This document shows positions 1 to 7,192 of a stretch of DNA of 12,448 bases, in pieces; position 1 is the first letter of the stretch; each line of letters opens with the position of its first letter. The position numbers and the translations under genes were made by a program. The stretch comes from an uncultured Aquificales bacterium (GTDB taxonomy: Bacteria; Thermosulfidibacterota; Thermosulfidibacteria; Thermosulfidibacterales; Thermosulfidibacteraceae): positions 1 through 12,448 of the forward strand of contig CAYVOC010000041.1 in the NCBI GenBank assembly GCA_964453345.1, given 5' to 3'. A model generated the notes under the pieces. The model was not told the DNA's origin. It saw only the letters and a program-made list of their open reading frames with translations, and ran no database searches.

Positions 1-302
1 ACCTCAAGCTCACAGGATGCTCCATTGTCAACCTTCAACGCCCCTTTCAAAGCCTCTTCAACCAGGCATGCCGGCTCGCAGAACCAGATGGATCTCTCAT
101 AGTAAAAGTATCTTCCGCCCTGCCTGTATAACATCCTGTTTGTGTCAAGAACACCCACGGACTTCACCCTCAATGCCACAGAAGCAGCTCCTACACAGGG
201 CTTAACCGCAACAGGAGGCCTGTATATCTCAACGGGCTTCCTGCTAAATCCCACACAACCCGAAAGCAAAAGCGCAAACGCAATAACAGTGCATCCTCTC
301 AT
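1..302 (-). CDS. ABC-type transport auxiliary lipoprotein (PqiC-like), 5' part only; runs off window start
   Basis: Not in the ORF track; translated by hand from ATG at 302: MRGCTVIAFALLLSGCVGFSRKPVEIYRPPVAVKPCVGAASVALRVKSVGVLDTNRMLYRQGGRYFYYERSIWFCEPACLVEEAL..., open to position 1. It has a lipobox LSG-C after a hydrophobic stretch and a 'DT.RMLYR...YY....W...P..LV...L' pattern typical of PqiC-type lipoproteins. Its ATG overlaps the mlaD stop (ATGA at 299-302). Confidence 0.8.
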   Translation of the reverse strand, partial: MRGCTVIAFALLLSGCVGFSRKPVEIYRPPVAVKPCVGAASVALRVKSVGVLDTNRMLYRQGGRYFYYERSIWFCEPACLVEEALKGALKVDNGASCELE

Positions 303-1141
303 CTTCCCTCCCCCGGTCCCCTCTTTCCGGGAACCCCGTATAGAATAAGGGATGGATCACTCTTTAACCTTCTCGTAAGGGCTTCAAGCTGACCAAGCAC
401 CCTCCTCGATTCCGCAAGGGTTCTTTCAATCTCCACAAGGGTGCCGTTATCAAAGTCCACAGCGGTTGAGTTGAGGGTTCTTATCAGTGAGTTAAGCCTG
501 CCGATCACAGGTTCCACCTTATCGCCCAAGGTTTTATACCTTTCCGCAAGCTGAGAGATTTTCTTTTCGAGCTTCTTCAATTCAAATGTGGCGATCTTCA
601 GATTCTCGGATATGGCGGAAAAATTCTCTATGTTTCTATCGTTGAACATCCTGTTCATGCGATCAAGAAGCTCGTTGGCCCTTGCAAGAAGCTCCGGCAG
701 GGATCTTGAGACCTTTTGTATTTCGGAAAGCTCAAGCTTCACCAAGGGATAGGATTTTCCCCTTATCTTCACCATGTAAGGTGCACCTTCTTTGCCCCCG
801 CTCAGGCTTATGTAGGAAAGCCCCGTTATGCCCACAGGCTGAATCTGGGCGACCGTGTCCCTGTGGATGGGAACCCCTTTCTTTATCTTCATAAATATCA
901 CTATGATGTTCGGGTCCTCCGGATGTATCTCTATCCCGACGACCTTACCCACATCCACCCCCTTGTAGCGAACGGGAGACCCTACCCTTATTCCGGAAAC
1001 GGACTCCTCCGTGAGTATCACATAGGTCTCATACTCTCCCCTGCCCCTGTATCCATACATCCAGAGAACAAAGGCGACCGACACGGCGATAAAAAGAAGC
1101 AAAAAGGCTCCCACCACCACATATTTGGGTTTAGGATCCAC
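299..1141 (-). CDS. mlaD: MlaD/MCE-domain substrate-binding protein with long C-terminal helical region
   Basis: N-terminal TM anchor (YVVVGAFLLLFIAVSVAFVLWM), MCE motifs 'SVSGIRVGSPVRYKGVDVGKV' and 'GITGLSYISLSGG', amphipathic helical tail ending 'LKSDPSLILYG'. GTG start overlaps the mlaF stop by 11 nt. Confidence 0.9.
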   Translation of the reverse strand: MDPKPKYVVVGAFLLLFIAVSVAFVLWMYGYRGRGEYETYVILTEESVSGIRVGSPVRYKGVDVGKVVGIEIHPEDPNIIVIFMKIKKGVPIHRDTVAQIQPVGITGLSYISLSGGKEGAPYMVKIRGKSYPLVKLELSEIQKVSRSLPELLARANELLDRMNRMFNDRNIENFSAISENLKIATFELKKLEKKISQLAERYKTLGDKVEPVIGRLNSLIRTLNSTAVDFDNGTLVEIERTLAESRRVLGQLEALTRRLKSDPSLILYGVPGKRGPGEGR

Positions 1142-1886
1142 TCAGCAACCTCCTGCCCCTTTCACCGGTTATGAGCTGTTTTACCCAGGGATCGTCCACT
1201 TCAAAAAGCCCCTCCACAGCCCCGGAGTATATCACCCTGCCCGAGGACAGAACAGCAACCCTGTGGGAAATCCTCAGGCTTGCAAGATCGTGGGTTATCA
1301 TCACCACCGTTGTTCCCAAAAGCCTGTTTATGTCCGAAAGGGTTCGGTCAAACTCATCGGCGCTTATGGGGTCAAGACCGCTCGTGGGCTCATCAAGAAA
1401 GAGGATATCCGGATCAAGGGCAAGGGCTCTGGCAAGGGCCGCCTTTTTTTTCATGCCCCCCGAAAGCTGATCGGGAAACATGTTGAAGACATCTTCGGTA
1501 AGGTTGGCAAGCTTAAGCTTTAAAAGCGCCATTTCGCAGGCCACATCCTCGGGAACCTTGTGCTTTTTCCTTATCACATAGACTATGTTCTCCCCCACTG
1601 TTATGGAGGAGAAAAGGGCGTTTGCCTGAAAAAGAACCCCCATGCGGCGTCTCAAGGCATCCCTTTCGGCGTCGGAAACCCTAAAGGCGTCCACCCCGTA
1701 GATGTAGACTTTTCCGGACACAGGCCTTTTCAAAAGAAGCATCACTTTAAGAAGCGTGCTCTTTCCGGCACCGCTTCCTCCAAGAATGGAGAGTATCTCG
1801 CCCCTTCTAACCTCAAGGTTAAGTCCTTTATGTATAACCCTCTCCCCGTAGGCGGTGGTGAGGTTTTCTATCCTAAGCAGATCCAT
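1131..1886 (-). CDS. mlaF: MlaF/Mkl-family ABC transporter ATP-binding protein
   Basis: Walker A GGSGAGKS, Q-loop LFQ, signature LSGGMKKK, Walker B/D-loop ILFLDEPTSGLDP, H-loop ITHD. ATG at 1886 (MDLLRIENL) is preferred over the track's TTG at 1913. Confidence 0.92.
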   Translation of the reverse strand: MDLLRIENLTTAYGERVIHKGLNLEVRRGEILSILGGSGAGKSTLLKVMLLLKRPVSGKVYIYGVDAFRVSDAERDALRRRMGVLFQANALFSSITVGENIVYVIRKKHKVPEDVACEMALLKLKLANLTEDVFNMFPDQLSGGMKKKAALARALALDPDILFLDEPTSGLDPISADEFDRTLSDINRLLGTTVVMITHDLASLRISHRVAVLSSGRVIYSGAVEGLFEVDDPWVKQLITGERGRRLLSGS

Positions 1887-2391
1887 CCGAGATCCTGTAT
1901 CCCCTCTTTTCAAGGTATGCCCCCAGAAGAGCCGAGCTGATCAGAACCAAGGGCAATGAAACCAGCATCCTGACCGCGGTGAACTTCACCCCCAAGAAAC
2001 TCGCCTCAAAAACGGTCATGGGGATACGGCACACAGCGGAAGCCCCCACATAGGCGAAAATCACACCAAGCCTTGCTCCCTTGTTGTAGAGGGCGTAGGC
2101 AACCGGAAAGGCCACATAAAGGCCCCCCACCGTGGTTCCTGCAAGAAGCACAGCCCAGAGATACCCTCTTATCCCCGAGGTCCTCCCCATGTGGCGCTCA
2201 ACCGTCTCCCTGCTCACCCACACCTCAAACAGACCTATGAGCACGAACACCGGGGGAAGTATCTTCAGCATATAGAGGCCAAAGGTAGCAAAATTTTTCC
2301 CGATCTCCCTTCCAGGAGCAAAGCCAAAGATATAGCTGAACAACAGAAAAGCAGCGTAGCCCGAAAACAGAATCCACTTTCTAAACGTCAT
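1873..2391 (-). CDS. Half-size permease, DUF318/ArsP-like family (second of pair)
   Basis: 172-aa hydrophobic protein with about 4-5 TM segments and the motifs 'LPPVFVLIGLFEVWV', 'GGLYVAFPVAYALYNKGA' and 'RIPMTVFEASFLGVKF', which resemble paired DUF318-type permeases. ATGA overlap with the upstream gene at 2388-2391. Confidence 0.75.
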   Translation of the reverse strand: MTFRKWILFSGYAAFLLFSYIFGFAPGREIGKNFATFGLYMLKILPPVFVLIGLFEVWVSRETVERHMGRTSGIRGYLWAVLLAGTTVGGLYVAFPVAYALYNKGARLGVIFAYVGASAVCRIPMTVFEASFLGVKFTAVRMLVSLPLVLISSALLGAYLEKRGYRISDGSA

Positions 2392-2870
2392 AGCGACACC
2401 TCACCGAAGAAGATGCCCGTTGCAATGGCCACGATCATTGCGATGAGAAAGCTGATCAGGTTCCTGACGATCGCCACCCTGACACCGAAGTAGCTCTTCT
2501 CCACGGGAAAGGTCAGAACTCCGACCATCATAAGGGTTGTGGTAAAGGCCGAAAGGACCATGTAGGGAACCCCTTTCTTGAGCAATATACCGCACAGGGG
2601 AAAGACTATGAATCCCGGCATGAAGGTTATGCTGCCTATGAGAGAAGCAACAAGCGTTGCGGTAAATATCTTCTTCGAAGAGAGATACTCGGCAATGAAC
2701 CTGTCGGGAACAAGGTAGAGAACCAGAGAAACAAGAATGAGCATTTCGATAAAGGCAGGCAGAATCTTGAGAAATCTTTTCGCGGCTATCTTCACCGCCT
2801 TGTATGTTCTTTCCCTGTCCATGAACCAGGAAAAAAGGAGCAAAAGAAAGACCCCGGGATACAGCCACAT
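2388..2870 (-). CDS. Half-size permease, DUF318/ArsP-like family (first of pair)
   Basis: 160-aa hydrophobic protein with the motifs 'GSITFMPGFIVFPLCGILLKKGV' and 'MVGVLTFPVEKSYFGVRVAIVRN', visibly parallel to those of its neighbour. Starts 1 nt after the mlaE stop. Confidence 0.75.
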   Translation of the reverse strand: MWLYPGVFLLLLFSWFMDRERTYKAVKIAAKRFLKILPAFIEMLILVSLVLYLVPDRFIAEYLSSKKIFTATLVASLIGSITFMPGFIVFPLCGILLKKGVPYMVLSAFTTTLMMVGVLTFPVEKSYFGVRVAIVRNLISFLIAMIVAIATGIFFGEVSL

Positions 2871-2871
2871 G

Positions 2872-3954
2872 CTACACCCCCAGCACCCTGAAGATCACAG
2901 AAAAAATCGCATCTATCACCAGAACCCCGAATACGCTCACCACAACGCTCTCTATAACCCTCGCTCCAACGCTCTCGGCCCTCTTTTCAACGGTAAACCC
3001 CTTCCAGGTCCCCACAAGAGCAACAAAAATTCCAAAAACCGGAGCCTTAACAACGCCGGCCCAGAAGTGATGCGGGGCAAGCACCGCCTCCATACGCTTC
3101 ACAAACTGCACGAAGTCCACATCGAGAATGGCTTTTGAAACCAGCATCCCTCCAAAAATCCCCACAAGATCGGAAAAGACCACCATGAGAGGGGTCACCA
3201 CCACAAGGGAAAGTATCCTCGGTAGAACCACCACGACAAAGGGGGAAACGCCCATCACCTCGAGGGCGTCCACCTCCTCGTTCACCCTCATGGTTCCTAT
3301 GGTTGCGGTGTAACTGCTGGCGCTTCTACCCGACATGAGAACCGCAACTATCAGGGGAGAAAGCTCCCTGACCACCGAAAGCACAACCAGATCCACAATG
3401 AATATGTTTGCGCCGAATCTGGCAAGCTGGGCAGCGCTCTGGTAGGCTATAACAACGCCGATCAAAAAGCTTAAAACCCCTATTATGGGAACGGCCCTCA
3501 GGCCCATCTCCTGCACATCCCTGAAGAAGGATCTAAGCTCAAAGTCCCGGTAATTCCTCACGGTTTCAAGAAAAAGACGGCCCACAAAATCCAGAAAAGA
3601 CAGAATGGAGAGCAGTCTTATCCAGCACCAGTCAAGAAAGTCCTCAACGAGGGATCTACCCTTGGCTGAGGGACAGGCTCCCCTCTTTTCCAGAACAAGA
3701 CGGATAAGATCAAGTATCTCCTTTTTATCACATACAAGGGAATCAAAAGAGAGCCCTTCCTTCTCCATAAGCCTGACAATCAGAAGGGCACCGAAGGTAT
3801 CCAGCTCCTCAAGTCCGGAAAGATCAATAGAAGAAAAACCGGAAAGCCTCTCCACCTCAGAAAAGCACCCCTCAAGGCCTTTCAGCGTCCATTTTCCCTT
3901 GAGGAATAAAACCTTACCTTCGAAGCTATAGAGGTTGCAGCACAAAGAGGACAT
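2872..3954 (-). CDS. mlaE: MlaE-family ABC permease with N-terminal STAS (MlaB-like) domain
   Basis: C-terminal MlaE motifs 'VRELSPLIVAVLMSGRSASSYTATIGTMRVNEEVDALEVMGVSP...VLPR'; N-terminal 'LKGKWT...IDLSGLEELDTFGALLI' is STAS-like. Start is uncertain: ATG 3954 abuts GGGAGG directly, while TTG 3945 has a 9-nt spacing. Confidence 0.9.
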   Translation of the reverse strand: MSSLCCNLYSFEGKVLFLKGKWTLKGLEGCFSEVERLSGFSSIDLSGLEELDTFGALLIVRLMEKEGLSFDSLVCDKKEILDLIRLVLEKRGACPSAKGRSLVEDFLDWCWIRLLSILSFLDFVGRLFLETVRNYRDFELRSFFRDVQEMGLRAVPIIGVLSFLIGVVIAYQSAAQLARFGANIFIVDLVVLSVVRELSPLIVAVLMSGRSASSYTATIGTMRVNEEVDALEVMGVSPFVVVVLPRILSLVVVTPLMVVFSDLVGIFGGMLVSKAILDVDFVQFVKRMEAVLAPHHFWAGVVKAPVFGIFVALVGTWKGFTVEKRAESVGARVIESVVVSVFGVLVIDAIFSVIFRVLGV

Positions 3955-5005
3955 CCTCCCCGAGTCTGCGAAGAGAAACGGGCTTCAGCCTTACGGACTC
4001 ATCAATCCTGCCGATACCCGAAAGGGATACAGCCCCTATCCCTCTTCCCACTATTTTTGGAGAGATGATCACCTGAACCTCATCAAAAAGCCCCCTCCTG
4101 ATGAAGGAAGCATGTATCTTTGATCCACCCTCAACCAGAAGATTCGTGACTCCCCTTTCCCCCAGCAACCTCAGCACCTCATCCAGATCAACCCCGCCAT
4201 CCGCCTCCGGCACAAAAACAACCTCAACACCCCTTCTCTCAAGCTCCCTCACCTTTCCATCATCACCCCTTACCGAGAAGACAAGGGTGGCAGGGGGCAC
4301 AGAAAAGATCCTTCTATCAAGGGGGAGGGAAAGATCACCGTCAAGGACCACCCTCAAGGGGTTCCTTCCTCTGACAAGCCTCACGGTCAACAGGGGATCG
4401 TCCACCATAACCGTCCCGGACCCCACAAGAACAGCATCGGCAAAGGCTCTAAGCCTATGCGCATGTCGCAACGCCACCGGACAGCTTATCCACTTGGAAT
4501 CGCCACTTTCTGTGGCGATCCTGCCGTCGATGCTCTGCGCCCACTTGAGAATAACATAGGGACGCTTTGTCCTCACCCACTTGAAAAAGCCCCTGTTCAA
4601 CCTGTGGCAAAGATCCTCACAGACGCCCACCCTGACCTCTATTCCATGCTCCTCAAGAATCCTCACGCCTTTACCGGAAACCGCCGGATTGGGATCAAGG
4701 ACTCCCACAACAACCCTTTTTACCCCGGATCTGATTATGGCCTCCGTGCAGGGAGGGGTCTTACCGTAATGACAACAGGGCTCAAGGTTCACATAGAGGG
4801 TGCAACCCTCAGCCCTGTAGTCTATCTTCTCAAGCGCCCGCCTTTCAGCGTGAAGATCCCCGTAGCGGGGATGGTAATCCTCTGAAAGGATCCTTCCATC
4901 GGGAGAAACCACCACAGCCCCAACCATGGGATTGGGGCTGACGAACCCCTGCCCCCTGCGGGCAAGGGCAAGGGCCCGCTTCATGTAATACTCATCAGAC
5001 CTCAT
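3926..5005 (-). CDS. ribD: Bifunctional riboflavin biosynthesis deaminase/reductase RibD
   Basis: '[11 protein letters not shown]', Zn-deaminase motifs HAE and '[14 protein letters not shown]', reductase motifs '[11 protein letters not shown]...SKWIS', 'DDPLLTVR', 'LLVEGG'. ATG at 5005 is preferred over TTG 5014. Confidence 0.97.
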   Translation of the reverse strand: MRSDEYYMKRALALARRGQGFVSPNPMVGAVVVSPDGRILSEDYHPRYGDLHAERRALEKIDYRAEGCTLYVNLEPCCHYGKTPPCTEAIIRSGVKRVVVGVLDPNPAVSGKGVRILEEHGIEVRVGVCEDLCHRLNRGFFKWVRTKRPYVILKWAQSIDGRIATESGDSKWISCPVALRHAHRLRAFADAVLVGSGTVMVDDPLLTVRLVRGRNPLRVVLDGDLSLPLDRRIFSVPPATLVFSVRGDDGKVRELERRGVEVVFVPEADGGVDLDEVLRLLGERGVTNLLVEGGSKIHASFIRRGLFDEVQVIISPKIVGRGIGAVSLSGIGRIDESVRLKPVSLRRLGEDVLFVLQPL

Positions 5006-5393
5006 AAACCTCAAAGGGCCTTTCCGCCCTCTTCACCTCCACGATTCTGTTGTTCTCATCAACGAACACGAGGGTGGGAGACCACCTCACGGCCTCCTCA
5101 TGGGGCATGTTCACATAGCAGGCAATGATCACCTTGTCCCCAACAGCGACTTTTCTGGCAGCAGCACCGTTCAAACAGATAACCCCGCTTCCAGGCTCCC
5201 CCTCTATAACGTAGGTGTTAAAGCGCTCACCGTTGGTTATGTTCCAGATTTCCACCACCTCGTAGGGCAGAATCCCGGATGCCTCAAGCAACTCCTTATC
5301 AATGGTTATGCTGCCCACATAGTAAAGATTTGCTTCAGTAACCGTTGCCCCGTGAATTTTGGCAAAAAGCATTCTCCTGGCAAGCCCCCTCAT
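4995..5393 (-). CDS. panD: Aspartate 1-decarboxylase proenzyme
   Basis: '[21 protein letters not shown]' pyruvoyl self-cleavage site, '[10 protein letters not shown]', 'ICLNGAAAR'. ATGA overlap with panC. Confidence 0.97.
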   Translation of the reverse strand: MRGLARRMLFAKIHGATVTEANLYYVGSITIDKELLEASGILPYEVVEIWNITNGERFNTYVIEGEPGSGVICLNGAAARKVAVGDKVIIACYVNMPHEEAVRWSPTLVFVDENNRIVEVKRAERPFEVYEV

Positions 5394-6241
5394 AGCTCAT
5401 CCACCCCCAGCTGAACATTGTCTATAAGCCTTGCAGGTCCCACAAAAACGGCAAGGGCCACAAGTGTCCCCTTTTCAACCCTCTCAACCGGCTCAAAGGT
5501 TTCAGGATCGACCACCTCAACATAGTCTATTCTTGCCAAGGGTTCCGCCTCTATAATCCTGACAACCTCCTCCCTTATCTTAGAGGCATCCCTCTCGCCG
5601 GACTCGAACAGCTCGACGGCCCTTTTCAGCGATCTGTATAGACAGGTGGCCGCCTGCCTCTCCTCAGGGGAAAGGTAGGTGTTTCTGGAACTCATGGCCA
5701 GGCCATCCGGCTCCCTGACTATGGGCATGGGAACTATCTCAATGTCCATATTGAGATCCCTGACCATATTTTTGATCACCACATACTGCTGAAAGTCCTT
5801 TTTGCCAAAGTAGGCCCTGTGGGGCATAACGATATTGAAAAGCTTGGTGCAAACGGTGCACACACCCCTGAAGTGACCCGGACGGGAAGCACCGCACAGC
5901 TTGTCGGTTATGCCCACAACCTCCACATAGGTCCTGTATCCCTCAGGATACATCTCCTCCACAGAGGGATAGAAGACCGCATCAACCCCTATAGGCTCCA
6001 GAAGCTTCATGTCCCTATCCAGATCCCTGGGATAGCGGTTGTAGTCTTCGTTGGGGCCGAACTGGGTGGGGTTGACGAATATGCTGACCACAACCCTGTC
6101 GTTCTCCTCCCTTGCACGCCTTACGAGGCTAAGGTGCCCCTCATGCAGGTATCCCATGGTGGGAACAAAACCTATGGTCTTGCCCTCATCCCTCCACCTG
6201 CGGGATAGCGCCTTCATCTCCTCAACGGTTCTCACCAGCAT
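5390..6241 (-). CDS. panC: Pantoate--beta-alanine ligase
   Basis: '[13 protein letters not shown]', 'SIFVNPTQF', 'RPGHFRGV', 'FGKKDFQQ', 'DGLAMSSRN', 'RLIDN'. RBS-like AGGGGT in the 12-nt gap after panB. Confidence 0.98.
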   Translation of the reverse strand: MLVRTVEEMKALSRRWRDEGKTIGFVPTMGYLHEGHLSLVRRAREENDRVVVSIFVNPTQFGPNEDYNRYPRDLDRDMKLLEPIGVDAVFYPSVEEMYPEGYRTYVEVVGITDKLCGASRPGHFRGVCTVCTKLFNIVMPHRAYFGKKDFQQYVVIKNMVRDLNMDIEIVPMPIVREPDGLAMSSRNTYLSPEERQAATCLYRSLKRAVELFESGERDASKIREEVVRIIEAEPLARIDYVEVVDPETFEPVERVEKGTLVALAVFVGPARLIDNVQLGVDEL

Positions 6242-6253
6242 GGCAACACCCCT

Positions 6254-7054
6254 TTACAGATAGCTGTGCTCTTCATCGGGGAACTTGCGCTCCCTGACCT
6301 CGCTCACATAGCTTCTCACAGCGTCAATTACCTGCTCCCTCAGGTTGGCATACCTTTTGACAAACTTGGGCTTGAATTCCTGGAAGATTCCCAGAACATC
6401 ATGGTAAACCAGCACCTGCCCATCACAATGGGGACCGGCACCTATGCCTATGGTGGGTATGCTCAACTCTTCGGTTATCTCCCTTGCAAGGCCAGCGGGA
6501 ACCGCCTCAAGCACTATGCTGAAGCACCCGACCTCCTCCAAAAGCTTCGCATCCTTCTTAAGCCTTGCGGCGCTCTCCTCATCCCTGCCCTGGACCCTGT
6601 ATCCCCCAATCCTGTGAATGGACTGGGGGGTCAATCCTATATGGCCCATAACGGGAATACCGGCGCTCGTTATCTTGGCTATGGCCTCCAGAACCTCCTC
6701 CCCTCCCTCAAGCTTAACCGCATGGGCACCGGCCTCCTTTATGAACCTTCCCGCATTATCCAGCGCCTGCTCAGGAGACAACTGATAACTCATGAAGGGC
6801 ATATCACCCACAACCATGGCCCTCTTCGATCCCCTCACAACAGCGGCCGTGTGCCTGAGCATATCTTCCATGGTTACAGGAAGCGTATTCTCATATCCCA
6901 GAACCACCATGCCCAGGGAATCTCCCACAAGGATTATATCAACCCCCGCCTCATCCACCATCTGTGCAGAGGGGTAATCGTAGGCGGTGATCATGACTAT
7001 GGGTTCACCTGCATCCTTTTTTCTTTTGAGATCCACCACCGTTACTCTACCCAC
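6254..7054 (-). CDS. panB: 3-methyl-2-oxobutanoate hydroxymethyltransferase
   Basis: 'MITAYDY', 'LVGDSLGMV', 'DMPFMSY', 'AVKLEGG', 'GHIGLTPQS', 'TIGIGAG..CDGQVLV'. GTG at 7054 follows AGGGGGT (7066-7060) by 5 nt and gives a normal 266-aa protein. The track's start at 7138 lies inside the structured leader. Confidence 0.97.
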   Translation of the reverse strand: MGRVTVVDLKRKKDAGEPIVMITAYDYPSAQMVDEAGVDIILVGDSLGMVVLGYENTLPVTMEDMLRHTAAVVRGSKRAMVVGDMPFMSYQLSPEQALDNAGRFIKEAGAHAVKLEGGEEVLEAIAKITSAGIPVMGHIGLTPQSIHRIGGYRVQGRDEESAARLKKDAKLLEEVGCFSIVLEAVPAGLAREITEELSIPTIGIGAGPHCDGQVLVYHDVLGIFQEFKPKFVKRYANLREQVIDAVRSYVSEVRERKFPDEEHSYL

Positions 7055-7066
7055 ATCCCACCCCCT

Positions 7067-7106
7067 AAAAGAAAAGGCCCTTCCGGACCGAGCCGGAAGG
7101 GCCCTT
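7067..7106 (-). terminator. Rho-independent terminator (attenuator) immediately upstream of the panB RBS
   Basis: Minus strand GGCCCTTCCGG (7103-7093), loop CTCGGT, CCGGAAGGGCC (7086-7076): a perfect 11-bp GC-rich stem followed by TTTTCTTTT (7075-7067). Confidence 0.9.
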
Positions 7107-7120
7107 GCAATCCACCCTTT

Positions 7121-7154
7121 GCCGTCTCGGTCCCTCAACAGGGATCCAAGCGGC
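7121..7154 (-). ncRNA. pan RNA motif-like cis-regulatory hairpin
   Basis: Minus strand GCCG-CUUGG-A-UCCCU-[GUUG]-AGGGA-CCGAG-A-CGGC folds into a 14-bp stem with one bulged A on each side. It sits directly upstream of panBCD, matching my recollection of the pan motif (CCGCUUGGAUCC...GGACCGAGACGG). No covariance-model search was run. Confidence 0.8.
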
Positions 7155-7159
7155 CCTGA

Positions 7160-7192
7160 ATGTTACCTACTTCAAACTTTTTAAAATGTCAA
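7160..7192 (-). promoter_or_regulatory. Candidate sigma70 promoter for the pan leader
   Basis: Perfect TTGACA (7192-7187) overlapping the maeB TGA stop, then an AT-rich spacer. The -10 is imperfect: TAGGTA at 17 nt or TAACAT at 21 nt. Either would start transcription at about the 5' end of the pan hairpin. Confidence 0.45.

Noticed and set aside
1444-1451. A8 homopolymer (minus strand) in the mlaF signature region as a phase-variation or frameshift site
   Set aside because: It simply encodes the KKK of LSGGMKKK; the frame is intact and the run is short.
1887-1913. TTG start of mlaF at 1913
   Set aside because: It would give a 41-nt overlap with the permease gene; ATG 1886 yields a typical ABC ATPase N-terminus.
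1860-2885. Mobile-element origin (target-site duplication or terminal repeats) for the permease pair
   Set aside because: No direct or inverted repeats were seen at either junction, and there is no transposase or integrase in the window.
4990-5060. FMN riboswitch upstream of ribD
   Set aside because: The region is fully coding (panD overlaps ribD) and no RFN consensus is visible.
17-6263. Numerous short plus-strand ORFs opposite the mla/rib/pan genes, and the alternate-frame ORF 2401-2868
   Set aside because: All lie within or across well-supported genes and have Ser/Thr/Pro- or His-rich shadow composition.
7055-7138. 28-codon N-terminal extension of panB (track start 7138) or a leader peptide
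   Set aside because: It runs through the pan hairpin and terminator, has no RBS and no similarity to PanB N-termini; GTG 7054 has a good RBS and gives the normal length.
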